Assembly: GCA_963783675.1 (NCBI GenBank)
Contig: CAWAOU010000016.1
Span: 98,478 to 162,477, forward strand
Direction: 5' to 3'
Source: an uncultured Gammaproteobacteria bacterium
GTDB taxonomy: Bacteria; Pseudomonadota; Gammaproteobacteria; Competibacterales; JAHEDQ01
Length of the DNA stretch: 64,000 nucleotides
Shown here: positions 48,615 to 58,631 of the stretch, piece by piece
How positions within the stretch are numbered: the stretch's first letter is position 1
How the letters are laid out: every line of letters begins with the position of its first letter
The notes under the pieces: model-generated
Told to the model about the DNA's origin: nothing
Databases searched by the model: none
The model's input: the letters and a program-made list of their open reading frames with translations, nothing else
Program-made: the position numbers and the translations under genes

Positions 48615-49820
48615 CTAGCCCTCCGTCGGCGCCTTGGTCTCGGACGCCTCCGGAGAAGGCGGATCGGGATCGGGATTGCCTTGCCGAGGATCCTGGCTCA
48701 TGCGCGGATCGACCACGATGCCTGGACGCACCTTCTGGATGCCCTCAACGATTACCTTCTCATCCGGTTCCAGACCCTCGGTAACAACCAACTGCCCGGC
48801 ATCGGCCCGCCCGGTCTTGATCCTGCGTTGCTCCACCTTATTACCGGGGCCAACGACCATCACGAACGTGCCGGCCTGATCCTCCTGAACCGCGGATTGT
48901 GGAATGGTCAGGGCTTCGGCCTCCTCCTCACTGCTCAGAAGGGCCCGCACATAGAGCCCAGGAACCAGGAGCTTTTCCGGATTATCGAACTTGGCGCGCA
49001 CGATGACCGTACCGGTATTGCGATCCACAACGTTATCGATGAAATCGATGCGCCCGACCTGATCGAACAGGCTGCCGTCGGGCAACCGCAGTCTCAAGGC
49101 AACCGACTCCAGATCGTCAACACCCTTGTTCTGTTCCAGCAACCGCCGCTTGGCAGTGATGATGTCCCCTTCGCTGACGCTGAAATTGACGTAAATAGGG
49201 TCCAGTTCAACCAGGCGCGCCAATTCCCCGGCCTGAGAATCCACCAGATCCCCCACACTGAAAATGGCCCGCCCGATACGGCCGCTGATGGGTGCGGTGA
49301 TCAGGGTATGCCCCAGGTCGATTTCCGCCTTCTCAAGTTCCGCCTGGACGGACATGAGTTTTGCCTCGGCAGTCAGCTTGCTCTCTTCGGCCTCTTCCAG
49401 ACGCTGGGTACTGCCGGCGTTTTCCTTCACCAGGTTGGTCTGACGCTGCACATCCTGATTGGCCCGCAAGAGAGATGCTTGGACCTCTGCTACGGCCCCC
49501 TCCGCAGCCGACACCTGCGCCTGGTAGATGGCCGGATCGATCAGAAACAGGGGCATCCCCACGTCGACGTCCTGACCCTCACTGAAACGACGTTCCTTCA
49601 AATATCCCGCCACCTGGGCCCGCAGGGACACGTCGTTGACCGCCACTGTCCTGCCTATGTACTCGACCGACTCGTCCACCGTCTCCACGGTCGCGGCGGC
49701 AATCAGCACACCGGGTGGAGGCCCCTCGACCGCAGGGGCCTGACTCTCGCTACAGGCCGCTAGCGCAAGCGACAATGCGCCTGCAGCAAAAGGAACGAAT
49801 AGACGGCGCACTGGATTCAT
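48615..49820 (-). CDS. RND efflux periplasmic adaptor (membrane fusion protein), second copy
   Basis: I prefer the ATG at 49820, giving a lipoprotein-type MNPVRRLFVPFAAGALSLALAAC. The ORF-track extension to 50081 is R/C-rich and unlikely. It has a coiled-coil plus beta-barrel layout. Confidence 0.9.
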   Translation of the reverse strand: MNPVRRLFVPFAAGALSLALAACSESQAPAVEGPPPGVLIAAATVETVDESVEYIGRTVAVNDVSLRAQVAGYLKERRFSEGQDVDVGMPLFLIDPAIYQAQVSAAEGAVAEVQASLLRANQDVQRQTNLVKENAGSTQRLEEAEESKLTAEAKLMSVQAELEKAEIDLGHTLITAPISGRIGRAIFSVGDLVDSQAGELARLVELDPIYVNFSVSEGDIITAKRRLLEQNKGVDDLESVALRLRLPDGSLFDQVGRIDFIDNVVDRNTGTVIVRAKFDNPEKLLVPGLYVRALLSSEEEAEALTIPQSAVQEDQAGTFVMVVGPGNKVEQRRIKTGRADAGQLVVTEGLEPDEKVIVEGIQKVRPGIVVDPRMSQDPRQGNPDPDPPSPEASETKAPTEG

Positions 49821-50190
49821 ATCGGGCCTTCGAAAACTGTGATCGGCGCATCGACCGGGATGGGCACACCCGGGCAAAACAATCTGGATTTGGATTAAGA
49901 CGCACAGTCTACAGAATGTGTGACCGACTCGCATGGAAGCTCGCACGCAATCGGTCATTCGAAACCGGCGAAGCCTAAACGCCCCGCCCCGCTCATGTGC
50001 AGCGGCCAATGGCGCGAGCATCCCGCGCCCGAGCCAACAGCGCCGCATGCGGACAGGCCTGGGAGACGTCTTGCGTCTCAACCGCGCTTAATACACCTGA
50101 TTGAGAGCCAGAGCCGCAGACATGTTCGTCGTCAGAACACTCGAAGACCAACCTTGAAGCACAAGGCGCGCGGGCTAAGGCGTCTCTGAC

Positions 50191-50278
50191 CTATGCATAA
50201 ACGTGCATATTGGGACTGAAACGCACAGCTTCATCATTGCAGATCTCGGCAATAGACCAACGACTACCCGCAAACTGC
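50191..50278 (+). repeat. copy B of the ~80-nt intergenic repeat family
   Basis: CTATGCATAAACGTGCATATTGGGACTGAAACGCACAGCTTCATCATTGCAGATCTCGGCAATAGACCAACGACTACCCGCAAACTGC. Aligns to copy A and, reverse-complemented, to copy C. Contains ATTGC-N8-GCAAT dyad symmetry. Confidence 0.6.
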
Positions 50279-50344
50279 GTCTCGCATCTGCGCATTTTCG
50301 GTCACCGATCTGATTCGTCCAGAGTAAATCAGAAACGCCTTAAC

Positions 50345-51082
50345 TCATGCTGCCGGAGCGTCTTCTTGCCCGGCGGTTGGTTCCACCAAGTCGAGGTAGG
50401 CATACCAGGTCGCATGGCCCAGCAGTGGAAAGATCACGATCATGCCTATGAGCAACGTAGCGAATCCCACGCCGACGATTAGCACGCACAGGGCACCCCA
50501 CACGAGCATCACCGGCAGATCCGCACCCAGCGTCACGCGGAGCCTGGTGTGCATTGCGGTGCCCGCGTCGACGTCCCGGTCGATGATCATCGGCACCGAG
50601 ACAACCGAGAGGGCGGAGACAACGCAGGCCAGTATTCCTCCGACCACCAGATAGGAAACCATTTGGGCCGCGGTCAAATTGACCAGAACATCGCCCCACA
50701 TGGTCTCGAAGTAGTTTGGGCCAACGCTGCCAAAGGTCATGAACAGCATCAGGCCGGACAGGCCAAACCAGGCGAAGCTGAACAGCAACAGCGTGCCGGC
50801 GTAGCGCAACAAGCTCTCGCGATGCTCCGAGAGAGACTGAAGTGAGGTATCGAAATTCGAAACCCCGCCACTGGTCCGCAATCGTGACAGCTCACACAAT
50901 CCTGTGGCCATGATCGGGCCAACTAACAGGAATCCGGAAATCGCGGCGGCATGCGCGTAAGGAAGCTGTCCGATGGTGAGAATCAGGGCACCCAGAATGC
51001 TCACCAAAACGCCGCAGCCAAGGCTGGCACCCTTGTGATGGAGCAGGTCATCCCATCCCCTGCTCAAGGAAGGTCTGATCAA
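50345..51082 (-). CDS. DUF2189-like integral membrane protein (5' end possibly disrupted)
   Basis: 245-aa ORF beginning at a TTG. LSRGWDDLLHHKGASLGCGVLVSILGALILTIG plus four or five further hydrophobic segments fit my recollection of DUF2189. No ATG or GTG start is available in frame. Confidence 0.65.
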   Translation of the reverse strand: MIRPSLSRGWDDLLHHKGASLGCGVLVSILGALILTIGQLPYAHAAAISGFLLVGPIMATGLCELSRLRTSGGVSNFDTSLQSLSEHRESLLRYAGTLLLFSFAWFGLSGLMLFMTFGSVGPNYFETMWGDVLVNLTAAQMVSYLVVGGILACVVSALSVVSVPMIIDRDVDAGTAMHTRLRVTLGADLPVMLVWGALCVLIVGVGFATLLIGMIVIFPLLGHATWYAYLDLVEPTAGQEDAPAA

Positions 51083-51160
51083 TTGATACGAATCGCGTTT
51101 CGGTCCACAAGGGCGCAGATGCGAGGCCCCCGGCGCGATCGCAGCAATTGACCTTCCTTA
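51066..51160. repeat. ~95-bp imperfect palindrome overlapping the DUF2189 start
   Basis: The left arm AAGGAAGGTCTGATCAATTGATACGAATCGCG (51066-51097) pairs with the right arm CGCGATCGCAGCAATTGACCTTCCTTA (51134-51160). The paired blocks are 9 + 6 + ~9 bp with small bulges, around a 36-nt centre. Confidence 0.7.
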
Positions 51161-52111
51161 ACCAGGTGAAGGGTCGAGTGAGGGGAACACGCCGAATGTC
51201 CGGCGTCCGCAGAAAATGGCCACTCGGATCGCTTAACATACTCATCCTGGTTCGTCCGTGCGGAGATTCTCCGCATCTTAAACATCGTCCCCCGACAAGA
51301 GGTATGTCAAAAAAGACGAGTCGCCGAAGCGCGAGCGCGGAGCCGACATCCGAGTCGAAGTCCAATGTGTCAACTCTTCGGGCGTCAAGATCGACTACAA
51401 GGTTCCACGATCTTTCGAATTCCTGACGGACTCCCAAATGAGCGCAGGCCAGTCCTGCGCCCACCCGCCTAGCGCCTGGGCGCTCCTCGCCTTGCTGAGA
51501 TGCAACGCACTTGCGGGAAGAGACACCAGCCTGCATCGCTTACCGATTTATCGTTTGATGTAGATCGCTGCCGTGGTATTGAGGTGAAATCCTCGATGCC
51601 AAGCTGAATGAGCCGGTTAACCCAAGTATCGGGCGCCCGACCGGCGATGATTGCGGCCACACAAGGCAATCTATGAGGCCCCGTCTATAATAAGCAGACG
51701 GGCTCTACCATCGGATGCTCCGCGGTCACGGCGATTCGGGTATCGCATTCGGAGGCAATACAGATCGATCTTCGACATCCCGCGGCGGCAGTAGACCCGC
51801 TGGGAGGGTTCGTTAGAGCAGCGTGCCGCTTGACGTGAAATGCATCCGGAACAAGCTCCTTAGTCGCCCAGTGCGCTGGAAAACGATCGCTGCCGACATC
51901 ATTGCGGCAAACAAAGAACGCTAAACTCAGTAACGAGGACATGGTGACGCTGACATCAGGCCATCCGGAACCGGCCAGCAAACCCTCACGCAGGCCGGAG
52001 TCACTATTCCAGCGGCGCTGAACCACGTCTAAGCGATTGCAGCCGCTGGCGCGCCGGTAGTGCTCTATTGCGCGGCTTCATCAACGATATTCAATCGGAG
52101 CACCGAAAACT

Positions 52112-53902
52112 ATGCGAATTCTGCTTATTGCTTCTGCATACAACGGGTTAACCCAGCGCGCACATGTCGAACTGGACACGTTGGGACATGAGGTTTCCAT
52201 CACGCTGGCGCTGAGTGAAGCGGAAATCAGGCAGGCACTCGCCTTCTTCGAGCCTGATCTCATCATCTGCCCATTCCTTCGAGAAAGGGTACCGGACGAT
52301 GTATGGCAGCAACATGTTTGTATCATCATCCACCCTGGCATCAAGGGCGATCGGGGTCCGTCCTCACTCGATTGGGCAGTCATGGAGAACGAAGCGGAAT
52401 GGGGCGTGACCGCTTTGCAGGCCGCAGAAGAAATGGATGCCGGCGATATTTGGGCGACATCGAATTTTCCGATGAGACCGGCAACCAAAGCCAGTCTTTA
52501 CCGGCGCGAAGTAACGCAAACCGCGATCAAAGCGATGTTGGAAGCCGTGAACCATTTCTCAACCGGAACATACCGACCGGAACCTCTCAATTACAGCAAC
52601 ACCGATGTTCGTGGAACACTGCGCCCATCGATGAAACAAAGCGAACGGGCAATTGACTGGAACATCGATAGAACAGAGGACATCGTCAGAAAAATCAATG
52701 CCGCAGACAGCAATCCCGGATTACTGGACAGGATCAATGGAGAACCTTTCTATCTGTACGGCGTGCATAGAGAGGGAATACTGCAAGGCTCTGTTCCTGG
52801 CGAAATAATCGCCCAGCGACATGGTGCGATCTGCCGAACCACCATCGACGGTGCAGTATGGATCACGCATTTGAAGCGAACAAAAGCTCAACGAGTGCCT
52901 TTTTACAAACGATGGACAGTCGCCCAGAGACTGGATTTCAAACTCCCGGCGGCGACGCTCCTCGGAGCAACCTTAAACAACATCGACGAATCAAACATTG
53001 AACCGCTGTTCATGGGGGAAGAGGAAACCTACAAAGAAATTTGGTACCGGGAAAGAAATGAAATTGGTTACTTGCACTTCGACTTCCACAATGGCGCCAT
53101 GAGCACACAACAATGTCATCGTTTGCGCGAAGCCTATCGCCTCGCCCGTGAACGCCCCACCCGGGTCATCGTTTTGATGGGAGGGCAGGACTTTTGGTCC
53201 AATGGAATCCACCTCAACGTTATCGAAGCCGCAAAGGACCCAGCCGCCGAGTCCTGGCGAAATATCAATGCTATTGATGACGTAGTGCGAGAGATCATCA
53301 CAACAACGACGCATTTGACGCTTTCCGCGGTGTGGGGCGGAGCAGGTGCTGGTGGCGCAATAATGCCGTTGGCCGCTGACCGCGTTTGCGCGCGTGCAGG
53401 CTGCATTATGAATCCTCATTATAAAACCATGGGTTTGTACGGTTCCGAATACTGGACTTATCTGTTACCCAAGCGAATCGGAAAAGCCAGGGCTGTCGAA
53501 ATGATGCAAACACCCCTACCCCTCGGCATGAAGAAAGCCGTCGAAATCGGTATGATCGACAATATATTGTCTGACAACTTCGACGAATTCGGCGATCAAA
53601 TAGCGCAGATCGCCGAATCAATGGCCGACGATGCGAATTTCGGAAATGCTCTTCAGCACAAGATCAAACGTCGCGCCAAGGACGAAGAAATCCGTCCACT
53701 GGCCGCGTATCGCGCAGCTGAACTCAAGCAAATGAAAATGAATTTCTCCGGCCAATTCTACGGCGGCGATCAGAATTATCATCAGGCCCGTTACAATTTC
53801 GTTCACAAAATTCGGCCCAAGCAAACTGCCGAATACCTGGCTAGGCACCGGCGGATTGATAGTCGAATGTTTGAAGAGTTAACGCAACCGCTCAACTATT
53901 AG
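52112..53902 (+). CDS. HypX/HoxX-like two-domain protein (N-terminal formyltransferase fold + C-terminal crotonase/enoyl-CoA-hydratase fold)
   Basis: 596-aa ORF. MRILLIASAYNGLTQRAHVELDTLGHEV...IIIHPGIKGDRGPSSLDWAVMENEAEWGVTALQAAEEMDAGDIWAT closely parallels HypX N-termini as I recall them. The C-terminal strings are RVIVLMGGQDFWSNGIHLNVIEAA and AVWGGAGAGGAIMPLAADRV. Confidence 0.9.
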   Translation: MRILLIASAYNGLTQRAHVELDTLGHEVSITLALSEAEIRQALAFFEPDLIICPFLRERVPDDVWQQHVCIIIHPGIKGDRGPSSLDWAVMENEAEWGVTALQAAEEMDAGDIWATSNFPMRPATKASLYRREVTQTAIKAMLEAVNHFSTGTYRPEPLNYSNTDVRGTLRPSMKQSERAIDWNIDRTEDIVRKINAADSNPGLLDRINGEPFYLYGVHREGILQGSVPGEIIAQRHGAICRTTIDGAVWITHLKRTKAQRVPFYKRWTVAQRLDFKLPAATLLGATLNNIDESNIEPLFMGEEETYKEIWYRERNEIGYLHFDFHNGAMSTQQCHRLREAYRLARERPTRVIVLMGGQDFWSNGIHLNVIEAAKDPAAESWRNINAIDDVVREIITTTTHLTLSAVWGGAGAGGAIMPLAADRVCARAGCIMNPHYKTMGLYGSEYWTYLLPKRIGKARAVEMMQTPLPLGMKKAVEIGMIDNILSDNFDEFGDQIAQIAESMADDANFGNALQHKIKRRAKDEEIRPLAAYRAAELKQMKMNFSGQFYGGDQNYHQARYNFVHKIRPKQTAEYLARHRRIDSRMFEELTQPLNY

Positions 53903-53941
53903 AATCAGTTGCTTTGATAGCATGCCGAGAGGGAATTACCG

Positions 53942-54781
53942 ATGTTCTTTAGAGACTGGGTGGTTCTGTTGGTAGACGATGAGCCTGATGTGCTCACCAT
54001 GTCTAAGTTGTTGATGAGAAAATTCGAGGTCTATGGCCTTCCGATCAAGATCTACACCGCGAAAAGTAAAGCCGAGGCAGTAGAGCTACTCGCGAACGAT
54101 CTTGAAGTGGCAAGTTCGCTGGCGGTTGCGTTTATTGACGTGGTCATGGAGACGGATTCAGCGGGCTTGGAACTATGTGAGTATATTCGCGATGACATGG
54201 GGAACAGACTCAGTCAGCTTTTCATACGAACCGGTCAGCCGGGAATAGCGACCGAGATGGATGTAATCGATCGATACGATATAAATGGCTATTTCACCAA
54301 GGTCGAAACAAGCCAAACCAAACTCTATTCCGTCGTAAAAAGCAGTGTGCGCCAGTATCTGTTATTCGGCATGTCGCTGGCAACCATTGGAGTTCTAAAC
54401 GATCTGATTGCTGCTTCGAAGTCCCGAGACGCAATCCTGGATGCCATCCATCACTTGTGTGGGTACAATATAGAGCTGGAGGATACTCCGCGATGGCTCA
54501 TTGTCGATGATGAAGTTTTATTCGAGGAAGAAATCGACGCAGCGAGGGGCGTCGAAACCTGCGCAGAAATGCTGTCACTCGAAGGTATCGACCTGAATCC
54601 CGCGGGTGACAAATACGTTAAGGGAAATGATGGTTTTCAATTAATACACATAACTAAGAAACCGACCCAAGCAGAGACAACATATCTCTTCCAAACGAGA
54701 TTCTCTCCGCCAGAACACGTCGTCAGCTTGATGCATAGCGTGTTCTCAGGTCTGGCAACGGCGTGGCGACAATCCTCTTGA
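53942..54781 (+). CDS. response-regulator receiver (REC) protein with an unassigned ~150-aa C-terminal domain
   Basis: 279-aa ORF with GAGGGA upstream. REC landmarks are VLLVDDEPDV, the phospho-acceptor context VAFIDVVMETDSAG, and INGYFTK. I recognise no DNA-binding or enzymatic motif in the C-terminal half. Confidence 0.8.
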   Translation: MFFRDWVVLLVDDEPDVLTMSKLLMRKFEVYGLPIKIYTAKSKAEAVELLANDLEVASSLAVAFIDVVMETDSAGLELCEYIRDDMGNRLSQLFIRTGQPGIATEMDVIDRYDINGYFTKVETSQTKLYSVVKSSVRQYLLFGMSLATIGVLNDLIAASKSRDAILDAIHHLCGYNIELEDTPRWLIVDDEVLFEEEIDAARGVETCAEMLSLEGIDLNPAGDKYVKGNDGFQLIHITKKPTQAETTYLFQTRFSPPEHVVSLMHSVFSGLATAWRQSS

Positions 54782-54946
54782 TATTGAATCAGGGCGGATC
54801 GTTTTGTGTGCCAACAACAACGTTGCTCGGGAGGCTCTGATCTATTCCTGAATCTGCGCCTTAAATCACACATTTCACCCTTCAATTCGCTTTGTCCAGA
54901 CTAATTCAGGGATTCCCCAGGATGAGCATATCGAGCAAATGATCTA

Positions 54947-56143
54947 ATGATAAAGGAAAGTGTCAAACACATTCCCTACTTTAGCGAGCTCAGTGACGCC
55001 GAATTGCAGGAGATCGTCGACACCGGGCATGAGAAAACCTTTGCACCTGATCAGTTGGTTTTTGAGCAGGGAGACCGCGGGGACTATATGTATGTCATCG
55101 TTGAAGGTCAGGTTCGGGTTTTCTACCAAACGGAGGGGGAGGAAATCACTTTGTCGACGCTCGCTAGGGGCGCGTTCTTCGGTGAAATGGCACTGATCGA
55201 TGATGGTCCACGGTCCGCCAGTGTCCGAACGCTTGTCTCGTGCCATTTCTTTTTATTGGGACGAGCGGAGTTTCTCGAACTACTCGCCCGTTCGACCCCT
55301 ATGCTTTCCGATGTCATGCGAGGACTGAGTGGCAGGATTCGGACGTTGGGGCGTGATTTTGTCGTCACATCACTGCAGAAACGTCACGTTGAGGACCAGG
55401 CCGAAATCGATCGGCACCGTGCCATATCGCAGATGGTGGCGGGGGTTGCCCACGAGATCAACACACCCATCGGGATCGCCAGCCAAGGGGCAAAGTTTAT
55501 CAGCGAAACACTGAGCCCGGCATTGATTGCGAAGTTGGGCGAAGACGGTGACGCTTTGGAAGCGGTGACGGATGTTGTGGATGCGGCACGGCTCATCGAT
55601 GCCAACATCCAGCGTGCCGACAGATTGATCGGATCGTTCAAGAATATCTCTGTCCGGCAGATCTCTGCCGCACTGGAGACGATTGATCTTCGCGAATTGC
55701 TGGATGAAATCATTGCGCTCTATCCTGTCCAAAGCAAGAGTGCCAATTTGACGATCCATATCACCGACAATCTGGGTGATGATCGCGTTTGGACGGGCTT
55801 TCCCGGCTACCTGACGCAGGTTCTGTTGAACCTGATCCAAAATGCTCAAATCCACGCCTATCCAGCGGATTCAAACGAGACCGTGGAGATTGTGTTGGCG
55901 AAAAACGCGGAATGCTACATAGTCGAGGTGAAGGATTTTGGCTGCGGTATCAATGAGGACGATCTTAAAGAGGTGTTCACGGCATTCTATACGACGAAGC
56001 GCGGCCAAGGGGGTACCGGGCTGGGGATGGCTATCGTCCATAGTCTGGTAACGGACGCTCTGCGAGGTACGATCGAAACGAGTTCTACAATCGGACAAGG
56101 TACGAGCGTATCCATTCGTTTCCCGAAACAACTGAAGGTCTGA
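54947..56143 (+). CDS. sensor histidine kinase with an N-terminal cyclic-nucleotide-binding domain
   Basis: 398-aa ORF. The cNMP-binding string is FFGEMALIDDGPRSASVRT, the H-box is VAGVAHEINTPIGIA, and the G2 box is KRGQGGTGLGMAIVHSLV. There are no TM segments, so it is predicted to be cytoplasmic. Confidence 0.9.
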   Translation: MIKESVKHIPYFSELSDAELQEIVDTGHEKTFAPDQLVFEQGDRGDYMYVIVEGQVRVFYQTEGEEITLSTLARGAFFGEMALIDDGPRSASVRTLVSCHFFLLGRAEFLELLARSTPMLSDVMRGLSGRIRTLGRDFVVTSLQKRHVEDQAEIDRHRAISQMVAGVAHEINTPIGIASQGAKFISETLSPALIAKLGEDGDALEAVTDVVDAARLIDANIQRADRLIGSFKNISVRQISAALETIDLRELLDEIIALYPVQSKSANLTIHITDNLGDDRVWTGFPGYLTQVLLNLIQNAQIHAYPADSNETVEIVLAKNAECYIVEVKDFGCGINEDDLKEVFTAFYTTKRGQGGTGLGMAIVHSLVTDALRGTIETSSTIGQGTSVSIRFPKQLKV

Positions 56144-56532
56144 CCCAAGGGTTAGAACAATAAAACGCTGCGCGGCGGACCTGCGCTTCAAAGCACCGCG
56201 GCCCCCAACTTCTAGGCCTGACCCGACCATTCCTACGTCTACAGGCACAGCTTAATCGGGCCGTGTAAAGGAGTGATGGTGAGTTTGTAACCGGCGGGTA
56301 AAGTTTCTGTGAAGCTGCGTAATCAAGAACCTTGCGGCTCGAGCGTCACCGGAGTAACCCTGGTCACGGCGCCCGTGTATCCGAGTAGCGTTTGTCGGTT
56401 TGCCGGAAGTTAAGGTGGCAACCCAGAGCCACTACCCGGTGCCCGGCAACGGGCTTGCGGCTGGCCCTTGGAAAGCGGTAGCGGGGTATTTGAGCGCCTG
56501 GAGCTGGGTTTCCGAGTTGGAAGGATAACGAC

Positions 56533-57927
<1,395 letters not shown>

Positions 57928-58070
57928 GCGGCGCACCGATTGCCCAACCCAGTGCTGTTTTTAACGCCATGGCGCGGCGCCAATGACCCCATCGCCCTAC
58001 GTCCGAAATGCCAGGATGGCCGCGGTCCGGAACGGGCCTTAGGCGACAGGATTGCTCGTTTTGAGAACCG

Positions 58071-58631
58071 TCAGTCGCCACCTTGGCGCAGCAGGACGAC
58101 GGATCGGCTCAGTGCCACTCTGGGTCGGCCCTTCTCTGAGAATCCTGCACGCCGGGCGGCCTCTACGCTGGCTTCGAACGCGTCCCTTTCGACATGGATC
58201 TTGGGCTCGACGATATGCAAGAGTGCGCCCGCGTTGAGCACCTCTCGCACCTGCTTGAACAAGTTCTCAGGGTTCGGAACTTCGTGAACCATCCAGAAAG
58301 CAACGGCAAATCCGAACCGCGGATCTTTGCTGAGCCCCAAATCGTTTGCAGTGGATTTGACGAATTCGGCGCGTTCCAAGAGCCCGACGCGCTCAAGGCG
58401 TCGCCGGGTCATCGCGAGCATATGTGCTTGCAGATCAACCGCGACCACCAAGCCATCAGGGCCGACCAGCCGCGCCAGGCCCTCGCTATTGAAGCCCGCC
58501 CCGCATCCGATGTCGAGTACATGCATTCCGGGGCGAACCCATTCCCCGAAGATTTGTTCGGGATCGTAGAGTAACCGGCGGATCGGATTGTCGAAACTGC
58601 GCACGAACCACCAGGGACAAACATGGGCCAT
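58071..58631 (-). CDS. class I SAM-dependent methyltransferase (small)
   Basis: I prefer the ATG at 58631, with GAGGAG upstream, giving MAHVCPWWFVRSFDNPIRR.... Motif I is VLDIGCGAGFNS, followed by VVAVDLQAHML. The ORF-track extension to 58880 is R-rich and unlikely. Confidence 0.8.
   Translation of the reverse strand: MAHVCPWWFVRSFDNPIRRLLYDPEQIFGEWVRPGMHVLDIGCGAGFNSEGLARLVGPDGLVVAVDLQAHMLAMTRRRLERVGLLERAEFVKSTANDLGLSKDPRFGFAVAFWMVHEVPNPENLFKQVREVLNAGALLHIVEPKIHVERDAFEASVEAARRAGFSEKGRPRVALSRSVVLLRQGGD

Noticed and set aside
51048-51536. A 162-aa minus-strand ORF upstream of the DUF2189 gene.
   Set aside because: Most of it has non-protein-like composition. Only its last ~30 codons look meaningful, and I interpret those as the displaced original N-terminus of the DUF2189 gene (see the finding at 51066-51160).
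51685-52026. A 113-aa minus-strand ORF in the AT-richer spacer before the HypX-like gene, ending inside a 7-bp hairpin (CCCGTCT-N8-AGACGGG at 51680-51701).
   Set aside because: No recognisable motif, no clear ribosome-binding site, and odd composition. It could be real, but I cannot support it.
56400-56440. CCGGAAGTTAAGGTGGCAACC, reminiscent of the SRP (4.5S) RNA domain IV string CCGGAAGGAAGCAGCC.
   Set aside because: The match needs several indels. The complementary 3' strand of domain IV and the closing helix are absent.
56515-56529. The 11-mer GGAAGGATAAC is shared between 56519-56529 and 63509-63519.
   Set aside because: An exact 11-mer repeat is expected by chance many times in 64 kb on two strands, and the flanks show no extended similarity.
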